Below, one piece after another: positions 14,166 to 29,134 of a stretch of 64,000 nucleotides of DNA. The notes under the pieces were generated by a model. That model ran no database searches, was not told where the DNA came from, and saw only the letters and a list, made by a program, of their open reading frames with translations. Source of the stretch: Eledone cirrhosa. Taxonomy: Eukaryota. Position 1 is the first letter of the stretch, and every line of letters begins with the position of its first letter. The translations under genes were made by a program, and so were the position numbers. Location of the stretch: positions 305,536,001 through 305,600,000 of the forward strand of contig OZ024743.1 in assembly GCA_964016885.1 (NCBI GenBank), read 5' to 3'.

Positions 14166-14349
14166 ATAAGTGGTAGTAGTAGTAGTAGTAGTACCTCCCC
14201 AATATTGGAGATCAATGCTTCCTTCTCCCCTCTCCTACCTGCCATGTGCCTATGGCTCTATATTTATTCTTATTATCCCATCTTATCCTGTTTCTCTCAT
14301 AGAATAGAAATGACCCTTAACTTGAGTCAATGATTGACAATCTCACTAG

Positions 14350-14520
14350 AGCTGGTACCATGAAGAATACACCCAGTACACCTTGTAAGGTGGTTGGTGA
14401 TAGAAAGGGCATTCAGCTATAGAAACCACACCAAGGGTCTTGTTTAGTTGTGTCAAAGACATGACAACCTCCCTAGTGCTGGTGTCATGATGAAATGCAC
14501 CTGATACACACTATACAGTG
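14350..14520 (+). mobile_element. Second SINE-like dispersed repeat family
   Basis: The motif GGTTGGTGATAGAAAGGGCATTCAGCTATAGAAACC recurs in reverse orientation at ~15698-15735, ~15805-15830 and ~52495-52660. The last copy has a (CAT)n tail. Confidence 0.6.
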
Positions 14521-15396
14521 TAGGAACATATATAAACAAAATGTGTTCTCATCAGTTTATCTGAGTGGTCTGAAGTAGTAACTGAGATCTGTAATAATCT
14601 ACTCATGCTAGACAGGAGAACAGATGTTAAATGATAATTGCCATTAGCTTTATTTTAATTATGTGTTAATGAGAAGTCTTGTTTTTTCGTGTTATTGTAT
14701 TTAGTGTATGGAAATTACTCCTTGTAATACATGTTCAGTGCCTAGTAGTGCTATTTTCTATATGCTTTATATATTTGTAAGTCTTGGGATTTTTGTTATG
14801 CATGTGTGTATGTTCTTCTATAATTCCCAGAGCAACAATTATCATAGGTGGTTATAATAATGGTTTCAGTGGGGAGGGGAAGTTGATTAAATTGACCCCA
14901 ATGTGTTACTGGTAATTTATTTTATCGACCCTGTAATTATGAAAGGCAAAATTAACCTCTGCGGGATTTGAACTCAGAACATAAAGGGATGTAACTGTAT
15001 GCTACAAAGAATGTTGTCCGATGCCCTACCAATAATAATAATAATAATAATAATCATACCTTCGGTGTATAGGATGCAGGCAGATTTTGACACGAAATCT
15101 TTGGGTAAAAGAAGTCTATTGTATACTCTGGAAAATACAATAACTTTCTGTATGAAAACATATAAACTATAATTAATATATTTATAATTAAGCTAGGAAT
15201 GTTCAAAGAATACCTTTTCATATATAAACTTATCATAGATACGTAGAGCATGAGAAAGAAAATAAGCAAGAATCAGATGAGATTGAAACCTATCTCATCT
15301 GGTAAGATTTTTGATAATTGTAGGATTAAGCGGTTAATAGAGTTAATAAATTCAGGTACACAATAATTTTGTAGGAAGCACTTTGTTTGGAATTTG

Positions 15397-15558
15397 TTAT
15401 ATATATCTGTTAATCCATGACATCAATTCATAGATATTGACAAACACACTTGGTTGTGAAATACGTCCACGACAATAGTTATAACCATAGCTAACAATAC
15501 CATATACAGCCCAGTTTCCTTCTTCATTGGGGCATACTAATGGACCTCCACTGTCACC
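15397..15558 (-). CDS. Terminal coding exon of a trypsin/chymotrypsin-like (S1A) serine protease
   Basis: The acceptor TTTTTTATTCCGTTATAG is followed in phase 0 by GDSGGPLVCPNEEGNWAVYGIVSYGYNYCRGRISQPSVFVNIYELMSWINRYI*. This has the catalytic Ser motif, GIVSYG, P.VF and a WI C-terminus. An intron just before GDSGG is typical of S1A genes. It is absent from the ORF track. Confidence 0.92.
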   Translation of the reverse strand, partial: GDSGGPLVCPNEEGNWAVYGIVSYGYNYCRGRISQPSVFVNIYELMSWINRYI

Positions 15559-15905
15559 CTATAACGGAATAAAAAATAAGAATATTCAAATATCATCATA
15601 GCATGGAAAATTTATTAGATATTTATCACAAATCTGCATTCAACATCATCACCATTTTATATCCATTTTCCACGTTATACAGAACTGTTTTTGGCTTAGT
15701 TTCTATGGCTACATGCTCTTCCTAACGCTAACCATATTTATAGTAAGTTGTCCTATTGTGAGACAAGCCAGATCGTGTCTTGCTCATACAGAACTGTTTC
15801 TGTCTTGATGCCCTTCCTATTGCCAACCAATTTACAATGTGGACTGGGTGTTTTTTATCATAATTATCACCAGCCATAGAAGCAAGGATTCTTTTTATTA
15901 AAAAG

Positions 15906-19809
<3,904 letters not shown>

Positions 19810-19815
<6 letters not shown>

Positions 19816-21345
19816 TAAAATAACAGATTAAAGTTTAAGCGAAGAATCGCTACTTTCACCCTTAACGGGATCTTCTGAAACTAACTTTTATCGAATGGCT
19901 TTCATTACCCGTATAGAAAGCCGAATGATACGCTTAATTACAAAGTAAGCTTTCTAACCATCCTGCCAGCATAACCAAGAACCTGGTAAGAAACGTTTCT
20001 TTGAGGCTTTCCCGTCTATCTACTAACGAGCATATTTTCAACGACCATTCCACATATTACAATGAAGCTCTTGCTCGAAGTGGATTTGTCGATAAGGTAG
20101 CATATACAGAGTACGAGAATAGACCTAGAAGAAATAGATCCCGACGCATTATATGGTATAACCCACCATATAATATGGAGGTGGCCACACCATTAGCTAA
20201 GATCTTTCTCTCCCTTGTTATGGTGCATTCCCCCTACACATAAATATAGTAACATTTTTAATAGAAATAGTATTAAAATTTCTTAATCTACGACACCTAA
20301 CATTGCACATAACATCACAGCTTCAAATTTAGCTAAACTACCTAGCCGTAGGAACACGTGCAACCCTGTAGTTAGTACTAACTGTAATTGTAGGAATCGG
20401 GTTGACTGCCCCCTATCCGGGAAATGCCTCTCTAGTAACATTGTCTACAAATGTAAGGTTGAAATACCCACGTCCCGTAGGGCCTACATAGGGTTAACCG
20501 CCAATAGATTCAAGCAGCGTCTTTACATGCATACCCATTCTTTTCGTTACCCTTTAAGAAGGAATATGACATCACTTTCAGCTTATATCTGGAGTCTAAA
20601 AGAAAACCATACCCAATATAAGTTACACTGGGAGATCCTTGCTAGGGCTAAATCGTATAGCGAAAATAAAAGACCATGTGACCTCTGCGCCGCTGAGGCC
20701 CTGGAAATACTCTACGCCAAAGACCACATCTTAAACAAAAAATCTGAGGCAATTTCGGCTTGTAAACATAAATTGCACAAAACTTTCTTGTATTCCAGCC
20801 CCACATTATACCCTAACGGATAGTACGAACTATACTTGGATATTTTACGTCTTGATGTGGTAGCTAAGTATATATTATGTTTATAACATTACTTATTTGT
20901 ACAGGTAAATATTTTTACCTGTATCTTTTATGAAGGTACGTATACTTCCACGTACGTATATTTGATTGTATGTGTTATTGCGTATATATTATATATTCTG
21001 GTACATATGCCTTTGGTTATGTGTATACGTGAGTTTTGCGTCTGTGTGAGTATGCGGGTTCGTACGTATGTAGGGTGTGTGTATATGTGTACATCGTATT
21101 TTGGTTGACGTAGTCTCCGAACATATGTGTATTTACATTAGGTATGTGTGGGCGCTTGTTATATACGTATTTATTTATTTATATACGTTTATTTAATTAT
21201 ATGTATACACGCACACACACACACATATATATATATATTAATATATATATTTTTTTATATATATGTTTGTGTGTATTTGGTGTATACATTCGTATGCGTG
21301 CGGGTACAGGCGCTGAGTGGGTTTTGTAAGTGCGTGTGGTTTTTT

Positions 21346-21376
<31 letters not shown>

Positions 21377-22050
21377 TTTTAGTGTGTACGTGCGTGTATT
21401 TGTATACCTATGGCGAGTGTTTTCGCGTATGCTTGTGTATGTACGTATATGGATGCGTGTATGTATTTATTTCAATTACCTCTGTATTTTATTTACATTA
21501 TTCTTAACTCTGAAGCCGAGAATCATTCGGTTTCCTAGTTAGAATTTTAGTCTACGTCTTCAGTTATACCTTTTACGTTTTTTTGTCTTTGCGTGCAATT
21601 GTTCTCCCCGCCCCACATATGACGTATAATATTCGTTGTTTTCGTTCATTGCCTGAGAACGTCTCTATGAACCACCTAATAGAATATTTGTCTACGACTT
21701 CTTTTATACCATAAACGTGGTTTTGTCTTTGCGTGTAATTGTTTTTCACCGCTCCAAATAATGACGTATTATATTCGTTTTTTCCCGTTCTTTGCCAGGG
21801 AACGTTTCCACGAACCAAATTATCGTCTTCCTGTCTTCCTCCGGTTGCAACGTTTTTTGAATTATTCACTTCTGCTTTCACAAATTGACTTTGTTAGTTT
21901 CAGAAGATCCCGTTAAGGGTGAAAGCAGCGATTCTTTGCTTAAACTTTAACCTGTTATTTTAATAAATATTTGCTCTACGGTTCATATATATTTGATATA
22001 TATTTATCCTTATCGAGCCCTCTTTGGATTTTAGTCTTCAAATTTATTAT
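19810..22050 (+). mobile_element. Penelope-like element, Naiad-like fragment (RT C-terminus + GIY-YIG) with 5' inverted pLTR piece
   Basis: It encodes RNRSRRIIWYNPPY, NCNCRNRVDCPLSGKCLSSNIVYKC, YIGLT...FKQR and CDLC..E...LNKKSE..SACKH. 19810-19890 is the reverse complement of ~21890-21968. Confidence 0.88.
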
Positions 22051-22331
22051 TATTACTATATATATATATGTAAAAACGTATGCATATGTATATAAATATA
22101 TGTATATATATAATAAAGAAGAAATTAAATGATGGTTAAAAGAGTTCCATATATTTTATTATGCGCATTTCGAATACAAAATCATCCTGGGACAAAAATG
22201 GTGTTCCCTTTTAACCATCTTTTAATTTCTTCTTTATTATATATACTCCAGTTCTACCAATTGTTGAGTGGTACCTATCTGATATATGCATAGTTTTAGT
22301 GTTCTACAATATTACTGACCTTCTAGATATG

Positions 22332-22414
<83 letters not shown>

Positions 22415-22497
22415 CTATATGTATATATATATATATGTATGTATGTATATGTATATATATATATATATATGTATGTATATGTATACATATATATATG

Positions 22498-22528
<31 letters not shown>

Positions 22529-22535
22529 ACATACA

Positions 22536-22607
<72 letters not shown>

Positions 22608-23401
22608 ATGATATTAAATAAATGGAAACTATATTTATAAAACGAGATTTATTCTACTATATATATTTGAAGGGTACCAAAAATGTTGGTACGCTATCAT
22701 CAGATGAAATACGAATTGTGTTTTTATAAATTTTGAAGTAACAAAGAAATAATATCTGTCATATTAAATCTATCCATATATCAGCATTACTACTGTGGTG
22801 GGGAAGGGGCTGTAATCTTGAACGGCTGGCATCACTTCGACGTCTTAATTGTCCCTAGGCGCCATATTCCACTACGATCAGGTACATACCCGCAATTATG
22901 CTGTATGCGGTAGTCACTGTAAATAATTGCTTCTAATTTTGGCACAAGACCAGTAATTAACCAGTGCATTACTGGTACTTTTTAACCATTTAATGTTCAA
23001 ACCGGCCAGAATTTTCTACCTCTTTCTGTTGAAACTGGCTGTAACTAGTCGCTCAAACTGATGTTAAGGTATTGTTCTCAAAATAAATACTTTCAAAATC
23101 TCATAGATTCGATATTATGCGAGGGTAAAGCCTTTACCATGAAAATATAATAATATCGACCCCGTAAGGATGAAAGGCAAAGTTAACCTCGGCGGGATTC
23201 GAACTCAGACCATAAAGGGGCGTAACTCTATGCTGCAAAGCATGGCGTACGCCCCTCTACCGGTACTGCCAATCCACCGTAGTCATTGTAAATAATGTTT
23301 GGCTGGAATTTTTTTAGAAACAAATCATAGGGATATTTATATGCATGTATGTATATGTACGTATATATATGTATATGTATATATATATATGTATGCATAT
23401 G

Positions 23402-23432
<31 letters not shown>

Positions 23433-23731
23433 GTATGTGTATATACATATACGTATGTATATGTATATATATGCATGTTTAAATATATATATATATGTCT
23501 GTATATATATATAAATATATGTATGTGTATGTATATATATATATATATATTATGTATATGTATGTATATGTATATATATATATATATATGTATAAGTATA
23601 TATATATACATGTATGTATATGTATATATATATATATACATATACATGTATGCATATGTATATATATATATATGTATATATATGTGTATATATGTACATA
23701 TGTATATGTATATGTATATATATACGTATGT

Positions 23732-23763
<32 letters not shown>

Positions 23764-23902
23764 ATGTATATATATGTATGTATATGTACATATATGTATG
23801 TATATATACATATATGTATATGTTTGTACATATATATATATGTATATGTATGTATGTATATGTATATATGTATGTATATATATATGTATGTATATATATA
23901 CG

Positions 23903-23954
<52 letters not shown>

Positions 23955-24370
23955 ATATATTTAGAAACACACAGATACATGCGGACACACACATATATAC
24001 ATGAATGCATCCGCACCCAACTGTGAGTTAACTCACAGTTGGGTGCGGATGCATTCATGTATATATGTGTGTGTCCGCATGTATCTGTGTGTTTCTAAAT
24101 ATATTGTTAATAACTCCCTCTGGTCGAGCAATCTTTGAAGTGTGGGGACAGCTGGAAAGCTTCCATTACTCATACTTCTCGCCTTCTTCACCACCTCTTC
24201 TACGGTCTCGATATAAATACCCCCTCCGCCTCCGTGGTATTTTCTTCGGGGTTATAAGAGGCTTAGCTCTGTTTCTCGACCGTTATATCGCATGACTATC
24301 TCCCCCTCCGCCTTTTGGGATCCTTTCTCACGTCGTGTAGACGCGTTCTTGAGACTAGTAAAATGAGGTA

Positions 24371-24460
24371 TCCTCTTGATAAGTCGGCAGACCTCGCAAG
24401 GACTCTATATCTTTATGATATATTGTTTTTGTTTATGCCACGAAACTACGTAGTCGAGGA
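24371..24460 (+). ncRNA. Type I hammerhead ribozyme with U3-A8 variant core
   Basis: TCCTC-TTGATAA-GTCGGCA...TGCCAC-GAAA-CTACGTAG-TC-GAGGA. Helix I is TCCTC/GAGGA, helix III is palindromic, and the GUC triplet predicts cleavage after 24455. Confidence 0.75.
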
Positions 24461-24965
24461 ATTTAGGAGCAGTTTAGGTATGATACATTTTATTACTAAT
24501 TATATCTAAATGTTTCTTCTCTCTTCATAATGTATTTTTAACTCTGATACTGGTTCAGTCTAGTTCAACTGAATTGGTCTGTCCCAGTCATTCATTGAGC
24601 AACATCGGTGAAGTTGGCACCCTTAACTCACAGTTGGGTGCGGATGCATTCATGTATATATGTGTGTGTCCGCATGTATCTGTGTGTTTCTAAATATATT
24701 GTTAATAACTCCCTCTGGTCGAGCAATCTTTGAAGTGTGGGTACAGCTGGAAAGCTTCCATTACTCATACTTCTCGCCTTCTTCACCACCTCTTCTACGG
24801 CCTCGATATAAATACCCCCTCCGCCTCCGTGGTATTTTCTTCGGGGTTATAAGAGGCTTAGCTCTGTTTCTCGACCGTTATATCGCGTGACTATCTCCCC
24901 CTCCGCCTTTTGGGATTCTTTCTCACGTCGTGTAGACGCGTTCTTGAGACTAGTAAAATGAGGTA

Positions 24966-25055
24966 TCCTCTTGATAAGTCGGCAGACCTCGCAAGGACTC
25001 TATATCTTTATGATATATTGTTTTTGTTTATGCCACGAAACTACGTAGTCGAGGA
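24966..25055 (+). ncRNA. Second tandem copy of the U3-A8 hammerhead
   Basis: Identical fold 595 nt downstream (cleavage after 25050). Confidence 0.75.
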
Positions 25056-25124
25056 ATTTAGGAGCAGTTTAGGTATGATACATTTTATTACTAATTATAT
25101 CTAAATGTTTCTTCTCTCTTCATA

Positions 25125-25230
<106 letters not shown>

Positions 25231-25450
25231 AGATCAAAAGATGGTTAAAGGAGTTCCATGTATTTTATTATGCGCATTTCAAAAACAAACATCATCATGC
25301 AATAATATTTGTGTTTTCATCAGATAAAACAGGAGAACATGATATGAAGGCTAAAAAACACTTGTGGATAGTGCAGTTTTAAATCAACAAATGTTGATTT
25401 AAAACTGCACTATCCACAAGTGTTTTTTAGCCTTCATATCATGTTCTCCT

Positions 25451-25519
25451 GTTTTATCTGATGAAAACACAAATATTATTGCATGATGATGTTTGTTTTT
25501 GAAATGCGCATAATAAAAT
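25451..25519 (+). ncRNA. Type I hammerhead ribozyme (inverted copy at ~25262-25330)
   Basis: GTTTTAT-CTGATGA-[stem II]-GAAA-TGCGCA-TA-ATAAAAT, lying in a 25224-25557 palindrome. Confidence 0.82.
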
Positions 25520-25659
25520 ACATGGAACTCCTTTAACCATCTTTTGATCTTATATTATGTATACTCCAGTCCTACAAACTGTAGAGTGCTTCTTATCCGA
25601 TATCTGCATTGCTTTCTTTATTGTACTACAATAAAACTCACCTCCTATATATATATATA

Positions 25660-28600
25660 TGTCCTGGGTATGACATAAACTACATCCAGTGGCAAGGCTC
25701 CAGTTCGGGAGTTCAGGAGATGTGGGGAATGTGGAGTTACCCCTTAGTTGTCATGACTCCCAGGTCTGCCCTGGCCCGGGGTGGTAGTACCTGTTAGGGC
25801 TCCATTTATGGGTTAAATAACTACCTTATTCGAGTGGCGCCGGTAAGGTATTGTCAGCCATTGAAAAGAAATATGGAGAGTCGATCTAACAGCACTAGGG
25901 TTAGAGCCCCTAATTACACTGTCAAGGAGCAGCCTGGTCGTTATGACTCTGCTGGCTTAGAGCCGCAGAGAGGGCCAGTGGATGATGGATCAGCTGTCTC
26001 TGAGACAAATATAAAGAATGCAGTTTTGTCCTGCAGAAGAGCCATCAAAATGGGCACTTTGAATGTGAGGACTATTCGAACGCTGGAGAAGAGAGAGGAG
26101 TTGGGACATCTGTTCGAGGAGAGTGGTATACAGATACTTGCGATCCAAGAACACAGGATTCTACACGATGAGCCCGTGAGGAGTGTGATGATCGGGAGGA
26201 AGAGCCAGCTCATCACTACATCGGCAGTGAAGAACACAACAAATGCTGCAGTAGGAGGAGAGGGTTTTGTGTTCGGTGCAAAAACCAATCTGTTGGTGAG
26301 GGAAATAATGCCTATCTCCCCGCGAGTGTTGAGGGTGACCTTCAATGGAAACCCAAGACTGACAGTCATCCCAGCCTATAGTCCAACCGAGGGGGACAGT
26401 GATGTGAATGCCGAGGAGTTCCATGAGGAGGTGTGTAGAGCTGTCAACACCACTCAGGCACACAATATCCTGCTTGTTTGGGGGGACTTCAATGCACATC
26501 TGAGTAAGGAGGGCAGTGAAGATCCTTGCTGGTACTTCCATGACAACACCAACCGAAATGGAAGACTACTGAGAGACACCCTGCTGGAGTCGAACTTGAT
26601 GGCGACCAACCTAAGGTTTAGGAAGAATCTGGGGAAGATGTGGACCTACATCTCAAATATGCACCTGTCCAAGTCCCAGATTGATTTCATTCTGGTGAGG
26701 AAAAAGTGGCGGAATAGTGTTCTGAACACGGAACCATACAGCTATTTCAGTACACTGGCTTGTTATGAGTGAGGTCCGCGTGAGCTTAAGAAAGAGCAAG
26801 GCTCAGCCCCGGAGAACAATCTATGACTGGGGAGCTTTCAAGGAAGATGATAAGTTACAGGAGAGATTCACAGTGGAAGTGAGAAACAGGTTTAGTGCTC
26901 TGTGTGGAGAGTCAGAGGAGAGAGAGATTGGATGGACTGAGGAGAGTGTGACGAGGAGGTACGGGCACTTCACCAATGCAGTGGCGAAAGCAAGTGAAAC
27001 CCTGGTGCCGAGGAAAAAGAACAAAGGGAAGCACGTCAGCTCTGCAAACCCAAAAGTGTGTGCAGCCAGAGAACACCTGAAAGCTGCCAAGGACCAATTC
27101 TATGCTGATCCTACGGAGGAGAGGATAGAGACTGTGGAGGTGATGAGGGAAGAGCTCTGTACCGCTTACACTGAGGCCAGAGAGGAGGCACTGATAGAGA
27201 AGATCAGAAGTGTGGAGAGAGCGGTTGACAGATCTGGATGTAAGGAGAGCTGGATGATCATCAACGAGATCACAGGGAGGAAGAAAAGGTGTTCGAGTCA
27301 GATCCAGGGAACGGGGCCCGAGGATAGGAAGAGGAAATGGCTAGACCATTTTAGGACCCTACTAGGAGAGCCACCCTCCACAGCCCGGAGCACTGGGGAG
27401 ATCAGGCGGCTGTTTGAGGAACTGGATGTTGAGACAGAGCCCTTCACCAGAGAGGAGCTTCAGAGAGCCAAGAAGAAGATCAAGGAGGGCAAGGCTCATG
27501 GAGAAGATGGAGTGGCATCAGAGGTGATGAAGAGGTGTGATTTTGATGATGTCATCCTGGGGTTCTGTAACGGGGCACTGGAGAAAGGAGTTGCCCCGCA
27601 TCAGTGGAGGATCAGTAACATCGTCCCAGTGCCAAAGAAGGGAGATCTCTCTAACACCAACAACTACCGGGGGATCTCACTGACGTCACTTGTGGAAAAG
27701 ACCCTCAACAGGATGATTCTTAACAGGATCCAGCCTGAGATGGAGAAGAAGCTCAGGGACAACCAGAACGGCTTCAGAGAGGGTAGATCAACCACCAGTC
27801 ACATCCTGATGCTGAGGAGGATATTAGAGGGAGCTAGAGCAAAGTACCTTCCTGCGGTCATGGTTTTCATTGACTTTAGGAAGGCCTTTGATTCTGTGGA
27901 CCGTTACTGCCTGATGACGATCTTACAGGCTTATGGAATCCCCGAGAGGATAGTGGACCTGATATCACTGCTCTACACCAACACCAAAGCCCAAGTCATT
28001 ACACCTGATGGGATGACAGAGTTCTTTGAGATACTGGCTGGAGTGCTCCAGGGAGATACATTGCCTCCCTACCTTTTTATCATCGTAGTGGACTATTGTA
28101 TGCGACTTGCACTGGAGAAACACCAGGACACTGGCTTTACTGTAGCACCGGCTCAGAGCAGGAGAGTTGGGGCGAAAAAGGTATCGGATGCTGAATTTGC
28201 CGACGACATAGTTTTGGTGACAAATACAGTGAAGGAGGCAGAGGATTTGATGCGGGAGGTTGAGACTGTGTCGATGAGTGTGGGGCTGAGAATGAATGAG
28301 ACTAAAACAAAATATCTGGTAGAGAATGTTGAGAAGCCAGAGGGCATCACTAATGTAGGCGGGAAGCCGCTGGAATTGGTTGAGGACTTCCTGTATTTGG
28401 GAGCAAAGATTGGGAATACGGAAGATGATGTGGTTGAGAGGAAGAGCAAGGCCTGGGCGGCGTGTCACAGCTTGAGATCGGTGTGGAAGTCGGACCTTCG
28501 TAGAGACCTGAAAATCCGCCTCTTCATTGCTGTAGTGGAGTCTGTGCTGCTGTATGGGTCTGAGACTTGGACACTGACCAAGAGACTCACTCAGATGGTG

Positions 28601-28956
28601 GATGGGTGCTACACGAGAATGCTGAGGATGGCTCTGAACATTAATCAATATACACTGAGGATGAAAAACTCAGAGCTGTATGGGAGCATCCCAAAAGTCA
28701 GCTCAAAAGTGACACAGAAGAGATTGAGGTTGGCTGGACATGCTCACCGACATCCAGAGTTGACATTGTACTCAGTGCTCCTTTGGGAGCCCCTACATGG
28801 ACACACTAGAAGAGGAAGACCAAGGTTAACATATGTTGATGCCCTAAGGACAGACACTGGTCTGTTGGAGATGCAGGATATGGCAGCGATAATGAGGGAC
28901 AGAGACTGCTGGAGAGAACTCGTCCATGGATCTCGGGAATTTTACCCGCCTTAGAT
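25660..28956 (+). mobile_element. Near full-length RTE-type non-LTR retrotransposon (APE endonuclease + RT), frameshifted
   Basis: EN motifs are GTLNVRT, AIQEHR, AYSPT, GDFNA and QIDFIL. RT motifs are NYRGISL, FIDFRKAFDSV, GVLQGD, EFADD and FLYLG, followed by the RTE-typical ESVLLYGSETW and RRGRPR C-terminus. It has a very short 3' UTR and (TA)n flanks. Confidence 0.93.
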
Positions 28957-28957
28957 A

Positions 28958-28995
<38 letters not shown>

Positions 28996-29057
28996 TATAT
29001 GTATATAAATATGTATATATATATATATACATGTATATATATATATATATATGTATA

Positions 29058-29104
<47 letters not shown>

Positions 29105-29134
29105 GTATATATATATAATATATATATATATATA

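Noticed and set aside
20244-20526. Selenoprotein recoding in the Naiad-like copies
   Set aside because: The in-frame stops I inspected (~20284 and ~39147) are TAA, and the conserved Cys codons are TGY. No TGA was seen at Cys sites.
24065-25104. Repeated 76-aa and 64-aa ORFs in the 595-bp unit as small proteins
   Set aside because: They have non-ATG or microsatellite-derived starts and no recognisable motifs. Their conservation only reflects copy identity.
25660-25833. HDV-like ribozyme in the RTE 5' UTR
   Set aside because: Such ribozymes are known in some RTE elements, but I could not assign the nested double pseudoknot by eye. It needs a motif search.
25941-28648. Antisense ORFs over the RTE, PLE and Helitron coding regions
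   Set aside because: They are shadow frames of the real coding strands.
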